Positions 1 to 8,977 of a stretch of 17,650 nucleotides of DNA are shown one piece after another (positions within the stretch are counted from its first letter, which is position 1; each line of letters begins with the position of its first letter). The position numbers and the translations under genes are program-made. Location: assembly GCA_043228905.1 (NCBI GenBank), contig JBHGNT010000686.1, positions 1 through 17,650 of the forward strand. The letters are read 5' to 3'. Source of the DNA: Azolla caroliniana. Lineage: Eukaryota; Plantae; Polypodiophyta. The notes beneath the pieces were generated by a model. That model was not told the origin of the DNA and did not search any database. It worked only from the letters and a program-made list of their open reading frames with translations.

Positions 1-118
1 ATGCAGAGACAGGGCAGATCTGAGGGATCACGGGCACTAGATCATACAGAAACAGAGAAGGTAACAGATGAAGAGAACAAATTAGGGCAGGGAGGGGAAA
101 GGCAAGGAGAAGGGAAAC

Positions 119-256
119 ATGAAGATTAGGGTTAGGGTTAGGGTTAGGGTTAGGGTTAAAGGGAGATGGAGAAAGGTGAGGAAGAGGAGAACTTGATGAG
201 GTGGGATGGGGATGGTGGTGTGATAGTGGGCATTTTGATGTGGGTGAGGCCACCAT
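119..256 (-). CDS. Probable first coding exon of a minus-strand host gene continuing off the left edge (MVASPTSKCPLSHHHPHPTSSSSPLPHLSPSPFNPNPNPNPNPNLH)
   Basis: Minus-strand ATG at 256-254 in ACCATGG context directly after a (GA)n tract. The frame stays open to the window edge. Candidate donor CAT|GTTTCC at 118 is followed by pyrimidine-rich intron-like sequence, and a telo-box lies upstream. The peptide is low-complexity with no recognisable domain, so the call is tentative. Confidence 0.45.
126..158 (+). repeat. (TTAGGG)5+TTA hexamer repeat
   Basis: Five perfect TTAGGG units at 126-155, which read Asn-Pro repeats in the minus-strand frame. Confidence 0.95.

Positions 257-258
<2 letters not shown>

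Positions 259-302
<44 letters not shown>
259..302. repeat. (TC)n microsatellite
   Basis: Pure dinucleotide run. Confidence 0.97.
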
Positions 303-306
<4 letters not shown>

Positions 307-347
307 TCTTTCTCTTTCTCTTTCTCTTTCTCTGTGTTAATGTCTTT

Positions 348-355
348 TAGGGTTT
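348..355 (-). promoter_or_regulatory. Telo-box AAACCCTA upstream of the putative minus-strand gene
   Basis: TAGGGTTT on the + strand, ~90 bp upstream of the candidate ATG. Confidence 0.35.
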
Positions 356-512
356 GTGTGGGTACAGATGCATTGCATCAATTTGTGGAAGATGACAATG
401 ATAACTTTTCTTTTGTATTGTTTTTTGGGTTTTTGTCCATGCCCATAATAACTGTTTTTTTTTGTCCATGCCCATTTCCTCCTCTTTCTTGCACACACCT
501 TCATATCGTGTC

Positions 513-514
<2 letters not shown>

Positions 515-567
<53 letters not shown>
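515..567. repeat. (TG)n microsatellite
   Basis: Pure dinucleotide run. Confidence 0.97.
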
Positions 568-568
<1 letters not shown>

Positions 569-712
569 ATGACTTTACCTGTGATGTCTCTTGTCCGAAA
601 GGTACACACGTTGATCGGTGGACAAAACACAGGGATTGCCCATGTTTCTGTTACTTGATGTCCCATGTTTGTGTCTGTGTCTCTACTCCCGAAAAGCACA
701 TGTTCATCGGTG

Positions 713-1030
713 GATAGATAAAACACTTTGGTACAGATTGGGTTCGCGTGTCCACGATCTCCATAGGGTGGTGCCCCTCCATGCCCAAATCGTTTGTCTA
801 CTCATTAAATTTGATAAATGGACACTTTTCGTACCGATTGGTTCCCATACACGATTTGCATAGGGGTGCCCCTCCATGCCCAATTCGTGTGTCTATTCAT
901 TAAGTTTGATAAATAAACACTTTGGTTCCGATTGGTTCGCATACACGATTTGCATAGGGTGTCCCTAGGGCCATGCCCAATTCGTGCATCTATTCCTTAA
1001 AGTCTGATAAATGGACAAACCTTTGTATGC
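713..1030. repeat. Degenerate tandem repeat, ~95-100 bp unit, 3 copies plus a partial
   Basis: Units start near 713, 813, 908 and 1006 (gataaa..acacttt..cgattggttc..acacgatttgcataggg..ccatgcccaa.tcgt..tcta). Confidence 0.85.
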
Positions 1031-1683
1031 GTACTCTGATGTGCCTAGACAATATTCACTTTTGTGCTTGAATTTTTTTTGTTGAGTTTACATCACTCTT
1101 CTCGCTAAGAAAAAGGTGTGTGCCGAATATATATATAGATTGCTTACTTTGGTCAAGTCCAACATTGTGGATTTCAAATAGTTGATGTGATCCGTAAACC
1201 TCATGCCTTGTATCCTTCATATATGCGCATAATTGAGGATGGTGATGGCATAGCTCTTTTCTCGTCAAACAAACGCTCTACCAAATAATTAAGTGGTGGC
1301 CCTGTAATATTCCCTTAAAGGTTAAGTGTGGCCTCTCTCGAAGGTGATAAAGCCCCCAATAAATGAATATCCCCTTCCAGTTGAGGTCAAACACTAAAGA
1401 GTGAGTATTATAAGGTTCACGTTGGTAGTTTTAAGGATTGGGTTCTAGAAATATGATTGGATATTTTTATCACTCACAAAGGTATACACTTTTGATCAAT
1501 GGAAACTCGATAAACATATGCATGTTGAATGTGTCCCCTTGTTAAGAACTTAGAAGGAGGTTTGTTACTTTGTAGTAAATAAATCTATATGAAAAAATAA
1601 TTGCACCCCTTGGGGACACTAAAAAAGAGAGATTAGTGGGTGAGTAGTCAAACGAAAGTGCAATGGGCTTTGAGCAAGCAAGA

Positions 1684-2090
1684 GATTAGAAAAGCTTGAT
1701 CAACTCACCATGTGAGGGAGCGAGTGAGATTGTATTTTATGAGTGCATATGTGAAATACAAAAAAGGTGCATTGTATGAATCTTGCTCAAGGGAACCTTT
1801 AGTTCCAATTATATGAGAGCGAGGAAGAGAGGTTTATGCAAGGACTACAAGAACTCGCTTGGATTGTTAACCCAACATATGCATGGATTAGAAAAGCTTG
1901 ATCAACTCACCATGTGAGGGATCGAGTGAGATTGTATTTTATGAGTGCATATGTGAAATACAAAAAAGGTGCATTGTATGAATCTTGCTCAAGGGAACCT
2001 TTAGTTCCAATTATATGAGAGCGAGGAAGAGAGGTTTATGCAAGGACTACAAGAACTCGCTTGGATTGTTAACCCAACATATGCATGGAT
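1684..2090. repeat. 202-bp near-perfect tandem duplication
   Basis: 1684-1885 and 1886-2087 differ by one substitution (gggagcg vs gggatcg). The 3-bp GAT recurs at all three junctions. Confidence 0.95.
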
Positions 2091-2643
2091 GGCGATTATG
2101 AACACTCTAGTGATCTACGCAATGTATCTAAATATCTTGCTTTGGCATCGACATAAATATCATCATCATGAGCATTATCCTTAACAACATCATTGTTGAC
2201 TAAAGTGGAGACTAAAAGGTCACATGTTCAAGTCTATTCCAAAATGGCATGTAGTTGTACATAACATAATCTCAATGCATAAATTAGTGAAATTTTGGCT
2301 TATCACAAGAGATATCTTTAGTAAACATACAAATATATGTATGTATGTATGTATGTATGCATGCATGCATGCATGTATATATAAGAGAAATATATGTATG
2401 TATGCATGTGCATATGTGTATTCAAAGACCTCAACTACTTGCTTCTTTCTTCGAGATTTCATGGACCTTGCTAAAAGCCTAAAGCAGCAAGCAAGCAAGC
2501 AAGCATTGGAGTTCTTTGAGAAAAACATATAGATCAAAAGACGACAACAAAGCCAAGGCCTTCATTACATTGTTGTGACTTGCTTGCTTATTGCAATGAC
2601 ATGCGACTTTCTTTCTAGGCCCTTTTCTCTTCTTGAGATTGAG

Positions 2644-2647
<4 letters not shown>

Positions 2648-2690
<43 letters not shown>
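2648..2690. repeat. (GA)n microsatellite within a simple-repeat-rich segment that also has (ATGT)n/(ATGC)n near 2336-2420 and (GCAA)n near 2487-2505
   Basis: Direct reading. Confidence 0.95.
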
Positions 2691-2695
<5 letters not shown>

Positions 2696-2884
2696 TGGAG
2701 AAGGACAACCACAATTTTTTATGTATCTTTTTGCTCTAGTGTTCGTTTCCTTAGTTCTTTGGCTCGTTTTGAAGCTCGCAAAGAGAGCTTTCTAAAGAGT
2801 AGTTGTGTGTATCATTTTGTGGTTTTTGTAGAACGTTGTGAGCAAAAGCGTCATTTGGTTGTATGCATCTCATGGTCACTTTAG

Positions 2885-2914
2885 TAGGGTGCATTCCACT
2901 ATCGAGTGTCCGGT
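2885..2914 (-). pseudogene. Displaced second half of the gypsy gag zinc knuckle (TGHSIVECTL)
   Basis: The minus strand reads acc gga cac tcg ata gtg gaa tgc acc cta. This completes CX2CX4HX4C begun by QAIQCTT at ~9094-9074. Confidence 0.65.
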
Positions 2915-2965
2915 TGGGTTGTTGACATAAGAAAATGGTTTAGAAGATTGGGTGTGGATGATCTT

Positions 2966-3133
2966 TGTCGAATACATGTGTATAATGGACGTATTCACAC
3001 TATCCCGTTTTGGCCATTTATGTAATTAGCATAAAGGGTAGTTGCCCTAAGTCGGTCACTATATATAGTGACCTTGTAACCTTTTTGTGAGGTTGGGTGT
3101 TGTATTATTGCTTTATGGAATAAGAAGTCTTTT

Positions 3134-3177
<44 letters not shown>

Positions 3178-3263
3178 AACGACCTACAATCTGTCATACG
3201 CAGGTGCAGAAAAGAATCCATTGCTTCTTGATCTTCCGCATCGACACGGCCTTGTCTCCAACA
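2966..3263 (+). repeat. 5' LTR of copia (298 bp)
   Basis: TGTCGAATAC...CTCCAACA. Identical to the 3' LTR except in the microsatellite: TG(TC)18 vs (TC)20. Confidence 0.97.
3054..3073. promoter_or_regulatory. TATA box embedded in a perfect 20-bp palindrome GGTCACTATATATAGTGACC (also at 8245-8264)
   Basis: The palindrome is read directly. The TATA role is inferred from its position in U3. Confidence 0.7.
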
Positions 3264-3265
3264 TC

Positions 3266-3277
3266 TGGTATCAGAGC
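3266..3277 (+). other. Primer binding site, tRNA-iMet (TGGTATCAGAGC)
   Basis: Canonical plant iMet PBS, 2 nt after the 5' LTR. Confidence 0.97.
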
Positions 3278-3949
3278 GTGCACAGTAGTCGGTCCTTCAA
3301 TCCGCTGTCGGCCGTCGTCTCAGCATTCGGTTTCCTGCGTCATTCGAAGAAGAGAGAAGAAGAAGAAAAAGAAAAAGAAAAAAAACGAGGCTTGCATCTC
3401 CTCGCGTTAGATCCTCTTCGCTTGGAGTAAGCCAGCCGGTTGTACTCCGTTCCTTGTGATCGCAACGCTCGAGGTGAAATCCCCTTGTGCAACATTGACA
3501 CGATCGCGCTCCACTCGGTTAAACGGCATCCGAAGAGGTCATTAAACGCTGCTCGCCGCTCGTTGTAACCACTCGGTGCAGATCGGTCTCAAGACAACAA
3601 CCCCAATTCGCGCTTCATCCGGCTGATCGACATTCGGGAGGATCAGTTGGATCTGTCTCTCTCGTCGCTGCAGCCACCCGAAGCAGAATCGGTCCAGATA
3701 ATCGGTTTCAATAATCGGTATTCGGCATATATATCCGAAGCGAACTGGGCTCACTCCGACTCGGCAACATTCGGAAAGACCAGTCGGTTCTGTCCCTCAA
3801 GTTACCGGAGTCAATTCGAGCAAGTTCCGAAGCCGAACCGACTCGGGTTCAAATCCGACTAGAACGATATCGGGTGAGCCAACCGGCTGCACTCCAACAA
3901 GGTTCGTAGTCAACTCCGAACCGAGCTTCGTCAACCGAAACCGAATTTG

Positions 3950-6900
3950 ATGGCATCAACATCCGGCTCGTCAGAAATGAGTCTACGAAAGTTCGATGGA
4001 TCGAACTTCAACTTCTGGAAGGAGCAAATGCAGGACTATCTCATAGTCAAGGGGCAAATCGATCCCATCGAAAATGAAGAACCTCCAGAAGGATACAAAC
4101 CAATTGAGTGGCAGAAGCTGGACAGAATCGTCCGCGCCACGATTCGGATGCACCTATCGGAATCGGTATACTTTACGGTGCAATCGTGTACGACAGCATT
4201 CGAACTGTGGAAAACACTGTCGGACACTTACGAAAAGAAGGTCGCCGCAACGAAGATGTTTCTGATCCGGCGCCTGTACAACTTGCGGATGAAAGAATCC
4301 GATTCGGTTCAAGCACACCTAAATGAGTACGAAAGCATAAGCTCCCAAATCTCGTCACAGGGGACGGCAATCGAGGATGAACTCAGAGCAATGATACTCA
4401 TGAGCAGCCTTCCCTCATCATGGGAAACTTTCGTCACAACCGTGTGCAACGCGTCAACCACGGCTGTTAAATACTCCGAAGTCACGAGCGCAATCCTGAC
4501 CGAAGCAGCTCGGAGAAAGTCTTTCGCCAAAGACTCAACAGACGACGCTTACGTAGTACAAGGTTCGACAGACCGATCGAACATACGAGGAAGAGACTCC
4601 TCACGGCCGCCGAACAATCAGCGAAGACGGAGCCAGTCACGGGATAACCGAATCTGCAACTATTGCAAGAAACCCGGACACATCAAAGCCGACTGCCGCG
4701 CACTCAAGAACAAGAACCACAAGAAGAGTGGCCGGCATGAGGAGATCAATTACGTCAGCTTCTCAGCTGATGTGCTACCAAACGACCCGAATATACTATC
4801 AATCGAAAATCCAGTCGGATCAGAAGTTCTGCTCACGACTGAAGAATCGAGCACATGGCTCCTAGATTCGGGCGCGTCATTTCATGTGACTCCTCATCGA
4901 TCCCAATTTCGGCAATATACGATCCGTCACTCCGACTCAGTTCGGGTCGGCAACTCACAACACTGTGACATCATCGGAATCGGCACAGTAGAGCTTAACC
5001 TTGCCGGTGGCTCTACACTTGTACTCCACAATGTCCGACATGTACCCGAGCTCTCAAGGCCATTGATCTCAGTCGGACAACTAGATGAAGACGGCATTCG
5101 TGCCGGTTTTTCTTCGGGAGGGTGGACACTCCACAGGGGGAACCTCCTGCTTGCTAGAGGACCCAAGATACACTCCCTGTATCCGTTACATGTTACGCTC
5201 AGAGAGGGTAACCTGTTTTTGGTGGATATTCCTGTGTCATCACTATGGCACCGAAGATTAGGACACCTCAGCAAGGCCGGCATCACGCACCTATCTAGAG
5301 CCGGATACATCCCCAAACTCTCCTTCTCGGACCATCAATTCTGCGAGCATTGCCAGTATGGCAAACAAGCAGCCGCATCACACCCGACATCAGCACCAAG
5401 AGAAACGAGACCTCTTGATTTGGTCCACTCGGACGTCTGTGGCCCAATGCCGCATCAGTCTCTCGGCGGTGCCTCTTACTTCGTCACTTTTATTGACGAT
5501 TCGACTCGAAAGGTGTGGGCTTATCCAATTCGCACCAAAGATCGGGTCTTCTCGATCTTCACCGATTGGCTCGCTATGGTGGAAAATCAAACCGACCGAA
5601 AGCTGAAATGCTTTCGGACAGACAATGGGGGGGAGTTTAAATCCGAAGAATTCGTCAAATTCTGCCGACAACGCGGCATCCGACGTGAATTTACGGCACC
5701 ACACAGTCCGGAGCAAAACGGGATTGCCGAACGCATGAATCGGACAATCCAAGAACGGACAGTTTCCATGCTCCAACACTCCGGACTGTCGGATGGCTTC
5801 TGGGCAGAGGCTCTACTCACGGCAGTACACATAATCAATATGTCGCCAAGTAGACCTCTAGGACTTCAAATTCCTCAGGAACTATGGATCGGCAGTAAGC
5901 CGAATTACGACAAGCTGAGGATCTTCGGATGCGAGGCGTACGCCCTTATTCCGAAAGATGATCGCCGAAAACTTGCACCTCGGTCCAGGAAATGCATTTT
6001 CCTTGGATATGGATCCGACGGCGAAATGGGATACCGACTCTGGGACCCCGAACGCAGACAAATCGTTCGAAGTTCGGACGTTGTGTTCAACGAGTCGGCT
6101 ATGAATCCATCAGTCGAAAAACCGATCGAAGTCCGAAGGGTAACATTTTCCGATGTGCCGACCCATCAAGAAGGCCCCGCTCTTAACACACGGTCAGCTT
6201 CACGGGTAGCTGAACCTTACACTACCGACTCGGACAACTCCGACTCGGCACAGCCGAATGATTCGCTTTCGGACCATCCGACCTCGATACCCGATGCGAC
6301 CAGTCCAATCTTACCTCGACGATCCGAGAGACTGTCGCAACCTCCGGAGAGGTATTCTCCTGGAATTTTCTTCACCGACGCCGGCGAACCGACGTCTTAC
6401 GAAGAAGCATCGACATCTGTCGATTCAGCCACCTGGCATCTGGCGATGGAGTCGGAAATGCACTCCATTCGGGCAAACAAGACTTGGGATCTGGTTGAAT
6501 TACCCAGGTACCGACGTGCTCTTCCTTGCAAGTGGGTTTATCGACTGAAAGAGACGTCTGATTCGACCACCCCAAAGTACAAGGCCAGATTAGTTGCGAA
6601 GGGCTTCCGACAAGAATATGGCGTCGACTTCGACGAGATTTTTTCACCAGTGGTGAAAATGACAACCCTTAGTTTCCTACTCGGCGTAGTGGCAGCCGAC
6701 AACTTGGAGCTGATTCAGCTAGATGTCAAAACAGCCTTCCTCCATGGTGATCTTGACGAGGAAATTTATATGGAGCAGCCAAAAGGCTTCGTGGCGACTG
6801 GCCAAGAACATCTAGTCTGCCGACTCAGGAAGAGTCTATACGGCCTCAAACAGGCACCGCGACAATGGTACAAGAAGTTCGACGACTTCATCCAATCGAT

Positions 6901-7963
6901 CGGCTTCTCAAAAAGCGATGAGGACCATTGTCTCTTCACCAACACAGCTCAAGATGGATCACCCATCTTCCTCATCATTTACGTGGACGACATGCTAATT
7001 TCTGGACGCCACGCGGGCGACCTTGCCGATCTCATTCGGCAACTGCGGTTGAAGTTTGCCATGAAGGACCTCGGTCCGGCACGACACATCCTTGGCATGA
7101 AGATTAGTCGGCATCGCGATAAACGACATCTTTTTTTGTCTCAGACCGACTATACCCGACGTGTCTTAGAACGCTTCAACATGCAATCAGCCAAATCTGC
7201 TTCAACCCCGCTCCCCATGAATCTTCGGCTCTCTCAGCGAGACTGCCCGACATCCGGTCCGGAGGGGGAAGATATGAAGTCGGTACCGTATGCACCGGCA
7301 GTCGGCTCCCTTATGTACCTGATGGTCGCGACACGGCCTGATATTTCTCACGCCGTAGGAGTCGTTAGCAGATTTATGCACAATCCTGGCCGATCGCATT
7401 GGAACGCAGTCAAACATGTGTTCAGATATCTGGCTGGCACAAAAGACCACGACATTCTTTTCGGTCCGAACCGAACCTCAGGCATAGTCGGTTACACCGA
7501 CTCGGACTTCGCCGGCTGTATAGACAGTCGGAAATCTACAACCGGATACTGCTTCAAATTCGGCAATGGAGCAATCTCGTGGAAGTCGAAACTTCAGGAG
7601 TGCACAGCGACCTCAACGACCGAAGCAGAATATGTAGCTGCGTCCGACGCAGCAAAAGAAGCTTTGTGGCTCGGTCGGCTGGCGCACACGTTTCGACAAG
7701 TCGACCATGACTCGGCTCCAGTTGTCTACAGCGACAGTCAAGGTGTTGTTGCCTTGTCGAAAAATCCGGTTCACCACAACGCCTCCAAACATATCGACGT
7801 TCGATATCACTTCGTTCGGGACTGCGTCATTTCAGGGAAAATCGGTCTAGAGAAAATATCCACAACCGACAATGTCGCAGATGGAATGACCAAATGTCTT
7901 TCGGCAGACCGCTTTCGGTCTCTTCGGCATCAGATGGGCGTAACGACAAACCAGTCCGGTTAG
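3950..7963 (+). CDS. Copia gag-pol polyprotein, 1337 aa from ATG 3950
   Basis: Gag N-terminus KFDGSNFNFWKEQMQDYL; zinc knuckle CNYCKKPGHIKADC; protease WLLDSGAS; integrase HHCC (WHRRLGH..CEHC) and D,D,E core (VHSDVCGP, RTDNGGEF, QNGIAERMNRT); RT YKARLVAKG, QLDVKTAFLHG, YVDDML; RNase H YTDSDFAG...KHIDVRYHF...NVADGMTK. Integrase precedes RT, which is the copia domain order. Confidence 0.98.
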   Translation: MASTSGSSEMSLRKFDGSNFNFWKEQMQDYLIVKGQIDPIENEEPPEGYKPIEWQKLDRIVRATIRMHLSESVYFTVQSCTTAFELWKTLSDTYEKKVAATKMFLIRRLYNLRMKESDSVQAHLNEYESISSQISSQGTAIEDELRAMILMSSLPSSWETFVTTVCNASTTAVKYSEVTSAILTEAARRKSFAKDSTDDAYVVQGSTDRSNIRGRDSSRPPNNQRRRSQSRDNRICNYCKKPGHIKADCRALKNKNHKKSGRHEEINYVSFSADVLPNDPNILSIENPVGSEVLLTTEESSTWLLDSGASFHVTPHRSQFRQYTIRHSDSVRVGNSQHCDIIGIGTVELNLAGGSTLVLHNVRHVPELSRPLISVGQLDEDGIRAGFSSGGWTLHRGNLLLARGPKIHSLYPLHVTLREGNLFLVDIPVSSLWHRRLGHLSKAGITHLSRAGYIPKLSFSDHQFCEHCQYGKQAAASHPTSAPRETRPLDLVHSDVCGPMPHQSLGGASYFVTFIDDSTRKVWAYPIRTKDRVFSIFTDWLAMVENQTDRKLKCFRTDNGGEFKSEEFVKFCRQRGIRREFTAPHSPEQNGIAERMNRTIQERTVSMLQHSGLSDGFWAEALLTAVHIINMSPSRPLGLQIPQELWIGSKPNYDKLRIFGCEAYALIPKDDRRKLAPRSRKCIFLGYGSDGEMGYRLWDPERRQIVRSSDVVFNESAMNPSVEKPIEVRRVTFSDVPTHQEGPALNTRSASRVAEPYTTDSDNSDSAQPNDSLSDHPTSIPDATSPILPRRSERLSQPPERYSPGIFFTDAGEPTSYEEASTSVDSATWHLAMESEMHSIRANKTWDLVELPRYRRALPCKWVYRLKETSDSTTPKYKARLVAKGFRQEYGVDFDEIFSPVVKMTTLSFLLGVVAADNLELIQLDVKTAFLHGDLDEEIYMEQPKGFVATGQEHLVCRLRKSLYGLKQAPRQWYKKFDDFIQSIGFSKSDEDHCLFTNTAQDGSPIFLIIYVDDMLISGRHAGDLADLIRQLRLKFAMKDLGPARHILGMKISRHRDKRHLFLSQTDYTRRVLERFNMQSAKSASTPLPMNLRLSQRDCPTSGPEGEDMKSVPYAPAVGSLMYLMVATRPDISHAVGVVSRFMHNPGRSHWNAVKHVFRYLAGTKDHDILFGPNRTSGIVGYTDSDFAGCIDSRKSTTGYCFKFGNGAISWKSKLQECTATSTTEAEYVAASDAAKEALWLGRLAHTFRQVDHDSAPVVYSDSQGVVALSKNPVHHNASKHIDVRYHFVRDCVISGKIGLEKISTTDNVADGMTKCLSADRFRSLRHQMGVTTNQSG

Positions 7964-8147
7964 AGCCGGACACAGAGCAGGATGGTTCCCGACAACCGAC
8001 ATCAGTTCCTTAATGATCGGCTTCAACTGTTCCGACCCGACCAGTTCGGTCTTCTGCCTTCGGACCCTGCCGACTCGAACAAAGCTGATATGTCCGAGAA
8101 CCTAAGCCTATACCTGTAATCTTAGATAACCCATGTATACGCCCATT

Positions 8148-8156
8148 ACGGGGGAG
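8148..8156 (+). other. Polypurine tract (ACGGGGGAG)
   Basis: Abuts the TG of the 3' LTR. Confidence 0.9.
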
Positions 8157-8323
8157 TGTCGAATACATGTGTATAATGGACGTATTCACACTATCCCGTT
8201 TTGGCCATTTATGTAATTAGCATAAAGGGTAGTTGCCCTAAGTCGGTCACTATATATAGTGACCTTGTAACCTTTTTGTGAGGTTGGGTGTTGTATTATT
8301 GCTTTATGGAATAAGAAGTCTTT

Positions 8324-8370
<47 letters not shown>

Positions 8371-8456
8371 AACGACCTACAATCTGTCATACGCAGGTGC
8401 AGAAAAGAATCCATTGCTTCTTGATCTTCCGCATCGACACGGCCTTGTCTCCAACA
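8157..8456 (+). repeat. 3' LTR of copia (300 bp)
   Basis: Matches the 5' LTR and is followed by TSD ATCTT. Confidence 0.97.
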
Positions 8457-8461
8457 ATCTT

Positions 8462-8977
8462 TTAGATCTTTCGGGCAATGCTATGCAATATGTAATGATT
8501 GAGGAAAGGTTGGTGGAGTCATTAAGGATGAAGTGGGAAGATGCTAAGAGGACAAAGCTAGAATACTACATTGCAAATGTCAACCTTGAATGTTGGTCTT
8601 GATATAAAGCAAGAATGTTGATTGATCGTATCCAACCTTATCTCATTACCAATATGAGTAGTAATGCTCGTAGAGCCCTTACACTACTTCGCACTCGATC
8701 TCACAAGTTAGGTATTGAAGTTGCATCATGGTATCAAAATGTATCGGACTTGAAGACATGCAAAGTATGCAATGAAGGCATGGTAGAGGATGAATGTCAC
8801 TTGCTCTTCACATGCTCGACATATAGTGCAATTCATTCAAGATATGCTAACATACTAAGAGGGAGTGATAACTTAAGTGCCATACTTAAGACACCACCAA
8901 GAAGGTTGAGCTCATATGTGTATGCTTTATTCACACATAGAGACTTTGTGCTTCAATGTATGAATACCCCTTCTTAG
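8462..8977 (+). pseudogene. LINE ORF2 C-terminal region with CX2CX9HX4C zinc finger and one in-frame stop at 8600-8602
   Basis: ORFs 8414-8602 and 8615-8977 are in the same frame. The R-x-x-L-x-x-L-R-x-x-S-H-x-L-x-I-E motif followed by C..C....EDE.H....C is typical of APE-type LINE ORF2 C-termini. Confidence 0.8.

Larger units (their letters stand above)
2966..8456 (+). mobile_element. Full-length intact Ty1/copia LTR retrotransposon (Tnt1/Tork-like), 5491 bp
   Basis: TG...CA LTRs, 5-bp TSD ATCTT (2961-2965 and 8457-8461), PBS, PPT, and an uninterrupted gag-PR-IN-RT-RH ORF. Confidence 0.98.

Noticed and set aside
126-158. True chromosome end
   Set aside because: Only five units, internal, flanked by non-telomeric sequence.
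166-726. ORFs 166-717 (+) and 337-726 (-)
   Set aside because: Open frames produced by (TC)n and (TG)n runs, with no domain content.
1140-2160. Possible decayed plus-strand coding frame
   Set aside because: About a dozen stops and no recognisable motif, so it is not clearly different from random sequence.
4036-7810. Short alternative-frame and antisense ORFs inside the copia polyprotein
   Set aside because: Expected shadows of a GC-rich long ORF, with no motifs.
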